The notes beneath the pieces are model-generated. The model saw nothing but the letters and a program-made list of their open reading frames with translations. It ran no database searches and was not told the origin of the DNA. This document shows positions 18,661 to 27,808 of a stretch of 40,853 bases of DNA, in pieces. The translations under genes were made by a program, and so were the position numbers. Position 1 is the first letter of the stretch. Every line of letters starts with the position of its first letter. This DNA comes from Candidatus Hydrogenedens sp. Its GTDB lineage: Bacteria; Hydrogenedentota; Hydrogenedentia; Hydrogenedentales; Hydrogenedentaceae. Location: the NCBI GenBank assembly GCA_049968235.1, contig JBMFRC010000025.1, positions 1-40,853 of the forward strand. The letters are read 5' to 3'.

Positions 18661-18712
18661 GACCCCGAATAAGGAATTAATAAATCTATTCGGGGTCTAT
18701 TTTTATATTTTT
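18661..18712 (+). terminator. Rho-independent terminator after the three-gene PmoA-like/oxidoreductase/TIM-barrel operon
   Basis: Stem GACCCCGAATA/TATTCGGGGTC with a 15-nt loop, followed by TATTTTTATATTTTT. Confidence 0.65.
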
Positions 18713-18837
18713 GTTTAAATTTTATATCCATAAAAATTATTGAAATATTTTCTGTTATTTATTCATAGAAAATTTTGTTTTTTTTATATGTTAGTAGTAA
18801 GATTGTGAGAAGATAAAAAACTAACAGGAGACTTTTT

Positions 18838-20286
18838 ATGAAACAGAAAATATCGCAAATTTGGTTTTCTTTGGTATTGATATTCTTAACACTACCAGTT
18901 GTCCAAGCACAGGATTCCATTTCAAATGCCCAAAAATCGGATGTAAAACAATCAGTGACAACCCTTCAAGACCAGATGGATGTTGCTGTTACGATATATA
19001 ACAATGACCGTGCACTGGTAAGGGAAAAACGGAAAATAAAATTACCCCGGGGGGAAAGTTATTTAAAATTTATGGATGTGCCGGAGCATATTCTTCCTGA
19101 GACAGTAAGTCTAAAATCCTTAATACAGGCAGGGAGTTTACAAATTCTGGAACAAAATTATGAATATGATTTAATTAGTCCATCCAAATTGATGGAAAAG
19201 TATGTGGGTAAGGAGGTAAAACTGGTAAATAAGAATAAAGATATGGATTTTTATGAAGTTACTGCGAAACTGTTAAGTGTAAACGAATCCCCAGTATTTC
19301 AGGTAGAAAATCAGATTTATTTGGGACATCCGGGAAATGTTGTTTTGCCAGAACTCCCATCAGAATTGATTGCGAAACCTACATTAATATGGATGCTGGA
19401 TAATAAATTAGAAGAACAGGAATTGGAGGCTACCTATTTGACCTCAGGTATTTCATGGAAGGCAGATTATGTACTTGTATATGATGAACCTAAAAATGCA
19501 ATGGATTTAGAAGGCTGGATAACACTTAATAATAACTCCGGTGCTACTTATCAGAACGCAAAATTAAAATTGGTAGCAGGGGAAGTGAATATTGTTCCTG
19601 TCCAGGCACCTGCACCCATGATGGACCGTATGATGGTAGGTGCGGCAAAATCTATGGAAGTTCGAGAGGAATCGTTCGCTGAGTATCACCTCTATACCGT
19701 ACCACGAAGAACAACAATTAAACAAAATCAATCAAAGCAGGTAAGTCTGTTATCTGCCAATGGTGTCAAGGCAAATAAAATTTATGAATATCGTGGAAAT
19801 ACCGCATTCTATAATAGCCAGATGAATCCTATCCGGAACGAGAATATTGATACTTTTTTAATTTTTAAGAATGCAGAAAATAACCAGTTAGGATTACCTT
19901 TGCCGGAGGGGATTATTCGTGTGTATCAAGAAGATAGTGAAGAAATGTTACAATTTGCAGGCGAAGACCGTATTAAACATACACCCAAAGATGAAGAAGT
20001 TCGATTACGATTAGGAAAAGCGTTTGATATAATTGGTGAAAGAACCCAGACAGATTTTCAGAAATTAGGTCCTAATATTGTAGAATGTGAATTTGAAGTT
20101 ACTATAAGAAATCACAAGAAAAATGATATTACGGTAGATATTGTGGAACCGATGATAGGCGACTGGCAAATTGTTAAATCATCTATGGATTATGAAAAGA
20201 AAGATGCTTTTTCCGTAATTTTCCATGTGCCTGTGAAAACCGAAGGTTCCGGAAAAGTGTCTTATCGTGTGCGAATTCGGTTCTAA
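18838..20286 (+). CDS. Secreted DUF4139 family protein (DUF4140 N-terminal region; 'mucoidy inhibitor MuiA'-type conserved hypothetical)
   Basis: Signal peptide. N-terminal VTIYNNDRALVREKRKIKLPRGESYLKFMDVPEHILPETVSL resembles the DUF4140/DUF4139 family architecture. Length ~480 aa. Confidence 0.55.
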   Translation: MKQKISQIWFSLVLIFLTLPVVQAQDSISNAQKSDVKQSVTTLQDQMDVAVTIYNNDRALVREKRKIKLPRGESYLKFMDVPEHILPETVSLKSLIQAGSLQILEQNYEYDLISPSKLMEKYVGKEVKLVNKNKDMDFYEVTAKLLSVNESPVFQVENQIYLGHPGNVVLPELPSELIAKPTLIWMLDNKLEEQELEATYLTSGISWKADYVLVYDEPKNAMDLEGWITLNNNSGATYQNAKLKLVAGEVNIVPVQAPAPMMDRMMVGAAKSMEVREESFAEYHLYTVPRRTTIKQNQSKQVSLLSANGVKANKIYEYRGNTAFYNSQMNPIRNENIDTFLIFKNAENNQLGLPLPEGIIRVYQEDSEEMLQFAGEDRIKHTPKDEEVRLRLGKAFDIIGERTQTDFQKLGPNIVECEFEVTIRNHKKNDITVDIVEPMIGDWQIVKSSMDYEKKDAFSVIFHVPVKTEGSGKVSYRVRIRF

Positions 20287-20329
20287 TTATATTGTTGAAA
20301 CGCAAAATAATATATGATGGAGTAATACT

Positions 20330-21079
20330 GTGTCTATAACATACCTTACCGTTCAACAGATGCGTGAAGTTGATAGACGCTGTATAGAGGAAATAGGTAT
20401 CCCTGGGGTTGTTCTGATGAACAATGCAGGGAGTGCCGTTTTTAGAGAATTAGAGCCAGGACCTGTAACTATTTTGTGTGGTAAAGGGAATAATGGTGGA
20501 GATGGCTTTGTAGTAGCACGATTGGCACTAACCGCAGGATGGACGGTAAAAGTACTTTTGTTGACAGACCCTTCCCATATACACGGCGATGCAAAAGTTT
20601 TTATGAATGCATATCTACGGTTAGGTGGAAAAATGATTGCCTGTGTAAACGATAATGATGTGCGTAGGGAGATTGATAAATTAACCAGAGATGAAACATG
20701 TGTGGATGCTCTTTTAGGCACAGGGACTAAGGGAGAAGTAACGGGACTTATACGGACCACTATAGAAAGTATAAATAAATTAAGTAATATTGTTTCTGTA
20801 GATTTACCTTCCGGAATGAATGCAGATACAGGAGAAATTTGCGGTGTTTGTGTCCATGCCCGGAAAACGATAACTTTCCAATATCCTAAAATTGGTTTCA
20901 AGAATCCTTCCGCAAAGGAATATCTCGGAGAATTAATTGTAGCGGACATAGGTATTCCACCTGTTTGTGCTGATGATAATCTATGGTTTGAACTAACACA
21001 AAGAACCAGCAAATTTAGTAACTCAAACAGGTTAGGCTTCTCTGGCAATATTAACAGGTCGGATAAACCAGAAGGGTAA
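20330..21079 (+). CDS. NAD(P)H-hydrate epimerase (YjeF N-terminal domain only)
   Basis: LCGKGNNGGDGFVVAR signature of the YjeF-N domain. GTG start with GGAG 8 nt upstream. No fused C-terminal dehydratase domain. Confidence 0.8.
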   Translation: MSITYLTVQQMREVDRRCIEEIGIPGVVLMNNAGSAVFRELEPGPVTILCGKGNNGGDGFVVARLALTAGWTVKVLLLTDPSHIHGDAKVFMNAYLRLGGKMIACVNDNDVRREIDKLTRDETCVDALLGTGTKGEVTGLIRTTIESINKLSNIVSVDLPSGMNADTGEICGVCVHARKTITFQYPKIGFKNPSAKEYLGELIVADIGIPPVCADDNLWFELTQRTSKFSNSNRLGFSGNINRSDKPEG

Positions 21080-21082
21080 ATT

Positions 21083-21661
21083 ATGAGTGAAGAATCCTAT
21101 CGTGCTTTTATTGCTATAGAAATTCCTTCCGATGTGAGGGAAATAATCTGGAATAATATCAAGCCTGCTTCGGGAATGCTCAAATCTCTGGTAAAATGGG
21201 TTCCACCTGAAAATATGCATTTAACATTACGATTTTTAGGAGCGATAACACTCAGCATAAGTGATAAATTACGAGAAAATTTGCGACAAATATCAGTCCA
21301 GTTTAATCCTGTAAAATTTAAATTAAGTGTTCCGGGTGTTTTTCCTTCATGGAAAGAGCCAAGAGTTTTATGGGTAGGTTTGGATATTATAGAAGGAGAT
21401 ATAAATCAAATACAGAGTAAAATTGAACAACAGGCGCAAATGGTCGGTTTGCCACAAGAAAAGCAAAAATTCCATCCACATATTACCGTAGGTAGAGTTA
21501 AAACGCCTTCTCCATTTCTATCCAATACATGGAAAAATGTTAAAATACAACAAACCCCCGAATTTATTGTGGATAAAATAACATTATTTAAAAGCACATT
21601 AAATCCGGATGGCGCTTTTTACGAGGTTATAGATACTTTTCAATTCAAAGAAAAAGGATAG
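21083..21661 (+). CDS. thpR: RNA 2',3'-cyclic phosphodiesterase (2H family, LigT/ThpR)
   Basis: Two H-x-T-x motifs (HLTLRFLG and HITVGRV) at the expected spacing. ~190 aa. Confidence 0.8.
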   Translation: MSEESYRAFIAIEIPSDVREIIWNNIKPASGMLKSLVKWVPPENMHLTLRFLGAITLSISDKLRENLRQISVQFNPVKFKLSVPGVFPSWKEPRVLWVGLDIIEGDINQIQSKIEQQAQMVGLPQEKQKFHPHITVGRVKTPSPFLSNTWKNVKIQQTPEFIVDKITLFKSTLNPDGAFYEVIDTFQFKEKG

Positions 21662-21664
21662 AGT

Positions 21665-21913
21665 TTGTTTATCCGAGATTTGTTATATACTTTGTTTACA
21701 CTATACATGCTTGCCATCTTAGCAGTATGGTTAGGTCCATATATCGATTTTGACTTGCGACAACGGAGATGGGGCCTTTGGATAGTTAGAGTAGTTGACC
21801 CCCCTATTCAAATCATAAGAAAAAACCTGCCATATATCGGACCTTTCAATTGGGCTCCTATCATAGCATTATTAATTGTCTGGTTAATGAGAAAAATTAT
21901 TGTTGGAATTTAA
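21665..21913 (+). CDS. YggT-family small membrane protein
   Basis: Two predicted TM segments and the C-terminal NWAPIIALLIVWLMRKIIVGI pattern of YggT. TTG start as in the ORF track; an internal ATG is an alternative. Confidence 0.55.
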   Translation: MFIRDLLYTLFTLYMLAILAVWLGPYIDFDLRQRRWGLWIVRVVDPPIQIIRKNLPYIGPFNWAPIIALLIVWLMRKIIVGI

Positions 21914-22043
21914 TGGCTCATTATTTTTAGAATTTGCATTCTTTTTATTCATTATGATAAAAGATTAAGATTTATATTCAGGCATATTTATAAATAAAAT
22001 AGAATAAGATAAAATGCAAAAAGATAATCAAAGGAGAAAAATA

Positions 22044-23627
22044 ATGGATTTAAAATCATGGTTTAACAAAAAACAAATTTCATGTAGGAAGATATTTAGA
22101 AATTTAAGCGTCCCGGAACTTTATGAAAGTTCATTACAAAAAGGTGAAGGAAAATTAGGTGCTAATGGAACTCTGTTGGTAAACACGGGTAAACGAACAG
22201 GTAGGTCTCCCGAAGACCGTTTTGTTGTGCAAGATGAATACTCAAAAGATGCTGTAGATTGGAACAAAGTAAATCTACCTACAACAGAGGATGTCTATCA
22301 TCATATATATAATAGGATACGGGGGTTTTTAAATGGTAAAGATGTTTATGTTTTTGATGGTTTTGTGGGTGCTGATGAAAAGTATCGTATAAAAGTACGA
22401 GTTGTGGCAGAAAAAGCATGGCATGCTTTATTTGCACGAACATTGTTTTTAAGACCTACACCTGAACAATTAGAAAATTTCGGAGAGCCAGATTTTTGTG
22501 TTTTTGCCTGTGGCGGATTAAAATTAGAGGGAGAGAAGGATAAGGTTAAGACAGATACAGCCATTATTCTAAATCTGAAAGAAAAAACCATCTTAATTTG
22601 TGGTTCGGATTATGGTGGTGAGATAAAGAAAAGTATTTTTACCGTAATGAATTTTATTATGCCAGAACAAAATGTGATGCCAATGCATTGTTCTGCCAAT
22701 GTCGGAAAAGACGATGATAGTGCAATTTTCTTCGGTCTTTCTGGCACGGGAAAAACAACTCTTTCCGCAGACCCATCGCGGTATCTCATCGGGGATGATG
22801 AACATGGCTGGAGTGAAGATGGTATTTTTAATTTTGAAGGGGGGTGTTATGCCAAAATAATTAAACTAAGGAAAGAATCAGAACCATTAATTTACAATGC
22901 TATCCGGTTTGGTTCCATAGCGGAAAATGTGGTATATGACCCCTCAACACGGGAAATAGATTTCGATGATGGTAGTATTACAGAAAATACACGGACTACA
23001 TATCCTGTGGAATTCATTCCAAATGTAGTACTTAGCGGAAAAGCCGGACATCCTCGAAATATTTTCCTTTTAACCGCAGATGCTTTCGGAATTTTACCTC
23101 CAATAGCCAGATTAACCCCTGAAGGAGCGATGTATCATTTCCTTTCTGGTTATACAGCGAAACTTGCAGGAACAGAAGTAGGTGTGGTTGAACCTCAAGC
23201 AACTTTCTCTACCTGTTTTGGTGCCCCATTTATGATTCGCAGTCCTTGGGTATACGCTCGTTTACTGGCAGATAAGATGAAAAGACATAGCGCCGATTGC
23301 TGGTTGATTAATACGGGCTGGTCTGGCGGTCCTTATGGTGTTGGAAAACGAATGTCTATTGAATTGACACGCTCAATTCTATCATCAGTACTGGATGGAA
23401 AATTAAAGAATGTCAAGTTCATAAAATTAGATAAATTAAATTTGATGGTCCCTGAAGCCATAGAAGGTTTCGAAGACCAGCGTGTATTAATTCCTGAACA
23501 TACCTGGCAGGATAAATCTGCATATCAGCAAAAAATGGAACACCTTGTCAGTTTATTCATGAAAAATTTCGAACGATTTAAGGCTCAGGCAGACCATGCA
23601 GTATTAGAAGCAGGTCCCAATTTATAA
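22044..23627 (+). CDS. pckA: Phosphoenolpyruvate carboxykinase (ATP)
   Basis: Colinear with E. coli PckA over the whole length: GRSPEDRF, HCSANVGKDDDSAIFFGLSGTGKTTLS kinase-1a, LIGDDEHGW, NTGWSG. AAGGAG Shine-Dalgarno precedes ATG 22044; ATG 22014 is in frame upstream. Confidence 0.95.
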   Translation: MDLKSWFNKKQISCRKIFRNLSVPELYESSLQKGEGKLGANGTLLVNTGKRTGRSPEDRFVVQDEYSKDAVDWNKVNLPTTEDVYHHIYNRIRGFLNGKDVYVFDGFVGADEKYRIKVRVVAEKAWHALFARTLFLRPTPEQLENFGEPDFCVFACGGLKLEGEKDKVKTDTAIILNLKEKTILICGSDYGGEIKKSIFTVMNFIMPEQNVMPMHCSANVGKDDDSAIFFGLSGTGKTTLSADPSRYLIGDDEHGWSEDGIFNFEGGCYAKIIKLRKESEPLIYNAIRFGSIAENVVYDPSTREIDFDDGSITENTRTTYPVEFIPNVVLSGKAGHPRNIFLLTADAFGILPPIARLTPEGAMYHFLSGYTAKLAGTEVGVVEPQATFSTCFGAPFMIRSPWVYARLLADKMKRHSADCWLINTGWSGGPYGVGKRMSIELTRSILSSVLDGKLKNVKFIKLDKLNLMVPEAIEGFEDQRVLIPEHTWQDKSAYQQKMEHLVSLFMKNFERFKAQADHAVLEAGPNL

Positions 23628-23655
23628 CCTGCTATTTTATTAATTGATAGTATTT

Positions 23656-23693
23656 AGAGTACACTATTTGAAAAGTAGTGTACTCTTTTTTTA
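23656..23693 (+). terminator. Rho-independent terminator after pckA
   Basis: Stem AGAGTACACTA/TAGTGTACTCT with a 9-nt loop, followed by a T7 run. Confidence 0.7.
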
Positions 23694-23734
23694 TGTTTAT
23701 TTAATCTATGGAGATAATTATAAGGAACATAAAA

Positions 23735-26700
23735 ATGAACAAAAACTTCTATTTTACATCATGTATCTGCTTTATGATTCTGTTTAACGCAAATATCTTT
23801 GCTGAAAACGCACCTGTTTTTTCTATACAGGAAGGCGTTTTTATCAAAGAATGGCTTGTTTGTGGACCTTTTCCTAATCCATTGAAGGAAGGGGTCGTGG
23901 AATTTCGTCATGATGAAACAACATTAGGCTTTTATATCGATTACCTTGCCAGGGCGGGAGGAGAAAGTAATGTAACTCCGGAAGAAGGCATGTCTGTTCA
24001 GCCAGAAGAAGGTATCACACGGGTATGGAAGAAATATATATCCCCTGAGGATTATATAAATTTTAATAAGGTATTTGAGGATAATCAAGGTGGCAAAGTG
24101 GCGTATGCCTTTTGTTACTTAAAAAGTGATACGGACAAGGATGTCGTTTTAGGTATAGGAAGTAATGATGGAGTCCGTATCTGGCTAAATGGGGAACGAA
24201 TCTGGGATAACCATTGTGCAAGAGGTGCCGTTGCTGACGATGACTGTTTTATCGTATCACTAAAAAGCGGATTAAATCCCCTTCTGATAAAAGTAGACCA
24301 GGGATTTGGGAACTGGGGTTTTTATGCTCGTATCTTAAATAGAGAAGAAGTTCTGAAGAAACTCAAAGAATTACCTGATTTAAGAGCAGATATAACCTAT
24401 GTTCAGGAAAATAATTCCATACGGGCATGGATGGCTCGCTATTCTAAATACTGCTTATTAGACCCACCCGTTCAATACACTTTGCAATTATTAAATGCAA
24501 ATAATGAAGTTATACAAAAAAATTCTGCAAATTTAGGACAGCCGGTAACCTTTTCTCTTGAAGGACTTCCAGAAGGTCCCTATAGAATAGAAGGAAAGTT
24601 TGCAATTCCTGACGGAATGACTTTTGAGAAAGAAAGTTTCTATTATCATGGAAAATCCACAGTGGTTATAAATTTAGGGGCATTTTATGAAAAATTATCT
24701 AATAAGAGAGTAGAACTTTTATTTGATAGTAATCAAAACAAACTAAAAGATAGCGAAATACTAAAAAGTCCTGATTATATGCCTGTATTAGAACCTGTAT
24801 CCGGTGGAATACAGGAATTTAGTGGAGGAAAATATGCAATCTTAAGAACAGATTTGTCCCCGTTATGGATACGCGTATTATTGCCCGCACCGGGTTTAGG
24901 ATATGAATGGTTTATGTTAAACGATAGTGGCTACAAATTTAAAACTCAAGAAGTTCAAGAAATCGATGCTTTAAGTGAAATTGAGAAGACTTTGCGAAAT
25001 CGACTTTCTACTGCATTGGAGAACGGTTATTTCCCCAACTCAGAATGGTTATTTCAGTCTTATAGCCAAAGACTTATGCTAACACCGGTGCGACAGGCAA
25101 AAGGAGAAATTTCACCCGAAGAACGATTAAGAAAAATACACCGTCTTTCCTCACTTAAAGCCAAAATAGCTGAGAATGATTCTATGTCAGTATGGTTTTC
25201 CCCCGCAATAGAAAAGGTAGGTAAAGATGAACCTGTACCCGATTGTTCACTGGAATATTTCCCATTAGATATTGCCCGGAATGAATACGAAGCATTTCAA
25301 GTTGTTATAAGTCCCAAAGGAAACATTTCATCCCTAAAAATAAATGTTTCAGAAGGTAAAACTAAGGACGGTTACACATTGCCCGCTGACCAATTTAAAG
25401 TTTTTGAGGTAAATTATGTGCCAATCCAAACTGTATCCGATTATTATGGTGACCTAAAAGAATATCCAGACCCTATAGTGCCTGTAAAAGATGCTATTAA
25501 TGTTTCATCGGAAGGGAATATTGTGCTATGGGTTCGTTTGTATGTTGGAAAAGGGCAACCGCCGGGTATTTATGAAGGGAAGATACAAATAAATTCAGTG
25601 GGATTAAATGTGGAAGTTCCATATAAAATTCAAGTTTTTAATTATGTATTACCACCGTATACAAGCACAGAAACTGCCTATGGAGTTTCGCCGGATTACT
25701 CCTGGCATGGACCCTTAACAGATGACCAGAAAAAAGAAGTTTTCGATTTATATATGAAAACCTGTATGGAATATCGAATATCCCCATATACTCCTCATGC
25801 TTTTGCACCTATAAAATGGACATTTGAAGGAACACCACCAGAAGCAGTATTAGATTTTTCTGAATTCGATAAAGCAATGGAGAAATATCTAAATCAGTAT
25901 AATTTTAATGCCTTTAATATAGGCGGTTTACCTTCAGAACTCAATGGAGAACCGATGTATTCGAAAGAATATAATAGACTGTTTACTTCAATATATAGCA
26001 AGGTTCAGGAACATTTACGGGAGAAAGGTTGGTTATATAAGGCGTATTGGTATTGGGTGGATGAACCTCCTCCCGCAGAATATCCTAATGTTAAAAAAGG
26101 GATGGAATTATTACAGTCCGCCTGCCCTGATATACGCAGGCTTTTAACCTGCAATCAAGAATTAGCACCTGTACCCTATTTCTGGGGAGTGGTTAATCTC
26201 TGGGTTCCAATATTTAATATGTATGAAGAAACACGAGCACAATGGAGGCAGAGTTTAGGAGAAACGGTGTGGTGGTATGTATGCACTGCTCCAAGGGCTC
26301 CATATGCAAACAATTTTGTTGACCATCCCGCAATAAATCACCGAATCCGTTACTGGCAGGTAGATAAATATAATCTGGATGGCGATTTATTCTGGTCAAT
26401 TACATATTGGTCACAAAATCCATGGGAAGAAGCCATGTCCATGAGTCCTGACGGACAAAGGTGGGGTAACGGAGATGGCCGGTTATTATATCCACCACGA
26501 AAGGAGAAGCCTACAGAAACTATTATAGAACCACCTGTGCCTTCTATACGATTGGAATGTTTACGTGATGGTCTGGAAGACCGAGAATATTTGTTAGTTT
26601 TAGAACGCGTATCCGCAAGAAAAGCACCTATCGGAGTTTTAGCCCGTAGAGAAAGAGCAGAAGCATTAAATAAACTCTCCTCTTCCTTAAAGGTTTATGA

Positions 26701-26779
26701 ACAAAATCCGCTACTTTTCTATTATTACAGAACAAGAATTATGAATCTTGTAGCACGAATTGTTCAAGGAGGTTCATAA
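23735..26779 (+). CDS. Large secreted glycoside-hydrolase-like protein: N-terminal lectin-like beta-sandwich plus C-terminal region reminiscent of DUF4091/GH123-like proteins
   Basis: Signal peptide. The WLVCGPFPNP...VRIWLNGERIW...LLIKVDQGFGNWGFYARI N-terminal module is common in PVC glycosidases. The C-terminal YWYWVDEPP...GDGRLLYPPR pattern is recalled from DUF4091. Family call is tentative. Confidence 0.45.
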   Translation: MNKNFYFTSCICFMILFNANIFAENAPVFSIQEGVFIKEWLVCGPFPNPLKEGVVEFRHDETTLGFYIDYLARAGGESNVTPEEGMSVQPEEGITRVWKKYISPEDYINFNKVFEDNQGGKVAYAFCYLKSDTDKDVVLGIGSNDGVRIWLNGERIWDNHCARGAVADDDCFIVSLKSGLNPLLIKVDQGFGNWGFYARILNREEVLKKLKELPDLRADITYVQENNSIRAWMARYSKYCLLDPPVQYTLQLLNANNEVIQKNSANLGQPVTFSLEGLPEGPYRIEGKFAIPDGMTFEKESFYYHGKSTVVINLGAFYEKLSNKRVELLFDSNQNKLKDSEILKSPDYMPVLEPVSGGIQEFSGGKYAILRTDLSPLWIRVLLPAPGLGYEWFMLNDSGYKFKTQEVQEIDALSEIEKTLRNRLSTALENGYFPNSEWLFQSYSQRLMLTPVRQAKGEISPEERLRKIHRLSSLKAKIAENDSMSVWFSPAIEKVGKDEPVPDCSLEYFPLDIARNEYEAFQVVISPKGNISSLKINVSEGKTKDGYTLPADQFKVFEVNYVPIQTVSDYYGDLKEYPDPIVPVKDAINVSSEGNIVLWVRLYVGKGQPPGIYEGKIQINSVGLNVEVPYKIQVFNYVLPPYTSTETAYGVSPDYSWHGPLTDDQKKEVFDLYMKTCMEYRISPYTPHAFAPIKWTFEGTPPEAVLDFSEFDKAMEKYLNQYNFNAFNIGGLPSELNGEPMYSKEYNRLFTSIYSKVQEHLREKGWLYKAYWYWVDEPPPAEYPNVKKGMELLQSACPDIRRLLTCNQELAPVPYFWGVVNLWVPIFNMYEETRAQWRQSLGETVWWYVCTAPRAPYANNFVDHPAINHRIRYWQVDKYNLDGDLFWSITYWSQNPWEEAMSMSPDGQRWGNGDGRLLYPPRKEKPTETIIEPPVPSIRLECLRDGLEDREYLLVLERVSARKAPIGVLARRERAEALNKLSSSLKVYEQNPLLFYYYRTRIMNLVARIVQGGS

Positions 26780-26831
26780 TATAATATAAAGAATTTTTTT
26801 GTATATTTTTTTGCAGTAAAAGGTTGTGTAT

Positions 26832-27749
26832 ATGAGTGATACAGCAATTGTATTCCGTGAGGAAGGTCTTTTTCACGATACAGGACCCTATCATCCCGAA
26901 AAGCCAGCAAGATTAGAGGCAATACTAAATGCTTTTGAACAGCATAAAATAGACCCCCCTTTTCTGGATATAGAACCGGCTACTCGTGAAGACTTATTGA
27001 GAATTCATACCGTTCAACATGTGGATACGATTGAACGAACATGTAAAAATAATCTAGATTATTCCGACCCGGATACCGTTATGGGAGAGGCATCATGGGC
27101 TGCGGCTCTATTATCTGCCGGAGGGGCTATATCTGCATGCAAAGCGGTTTTAGAAGGTAAATATAAAAGCGTTTTTGAAATAATGAGACCTCCCGGACAT
27201 CATGCAGAGCCGAATCGGGCTATGGGTTTTTGTTTATTCAATAATGTTGCAATAGCGGGACGATGGTTAACAGATGTAGCAGGATTGAAACGGGTAGCTA
27301 TTTTTGATTTTGATGTTCATCATGGAAATGGAACACAGAAAGTCTTTTATAATGATGATAGAGTTTACTATATAAGTATTCATCAGTTCCCTCATTATCC
27401 CGGGACAGGATTCCCAGAAGAGAGGGGAAAAAATAATACCAATTTAAATATACAAATGATGCCCGGTGTCCCGGAAGAGTTATGGCATTCCGCCATCGAA
27501 AATTTAGTATTACCTGAATTAAAAAGATTTCAACCCGAGTTTTTACTTATATCCGCAGGATTTGATGCACATCGAAAAGACCCGTTAGGAAGTCAAAATT
27601 TGGGCGAGGAGGATTTCGCAAAGATAACCCATGCAATCAAAAGAATTGCAGGAGGGCGAATCGTATCTGTATTAGAAGGTGGATATAATTTAGATGCATT
27701 GGGAGAATCATGCGTAGCCCATTATCTCGCATTGAGGGATGAGATTTAA
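26832..27749 (+). CDS. Histone-deacetylase-family (arginase/deacetylase fold) Zn-dependent deacetylase, AcuC/acetylpolyamine-amidohydrolase-like
   Basis: FDFDVHHGNGTQ, PPGHHAE, and the ISAGFDAH...VLEGGYN motifs in the canonical HDAC order. AAGAGG Shine-Dalgarno lies 8 nt upstream of ATG 26832. Confidence 0.85.
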   Translation: MSDTAIVFREEGLFHDTGPYHPEKPARLEAILNAFEQHKIDPPFLDIEPATREDLLRIHTVQHVDTIERTCKNNLDYSDPDTVMGEASWAAALLSAGGAISACKAVLEGKYKSVFEIMRPPGHHAEPNRAMGFCLFNNVAIAGRWLTDVAGLKRVAIFDFDVHHGNGTQKVFYNDDRVYYISIHQFPHYPGTGFPEERGKNNTNLNIQMMPGVPEELWHSAIENLVLPELKRFQPEFLLISAGFDAHRKDPLGSQNLGEEDFAKITHAIKRIAGGRIVSVLEGGYNLDALGESCVAHYLALRDEI

Positions 27750-27808
27750 TATAACAGCAAACAGAAAGGATGTTTCAAAAACAACTTCATGTTTACAGGA
27801 TGAAAATT

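Noticed and set aside
20353-21048. 231-aa minus-strand ORF
   Set aside because: Entirely antisense to the well-supported YjeF-N epimerase gene. Composition is Ser/Pro/Thr-rich with no recognisable motif. Typical shadow ORF.
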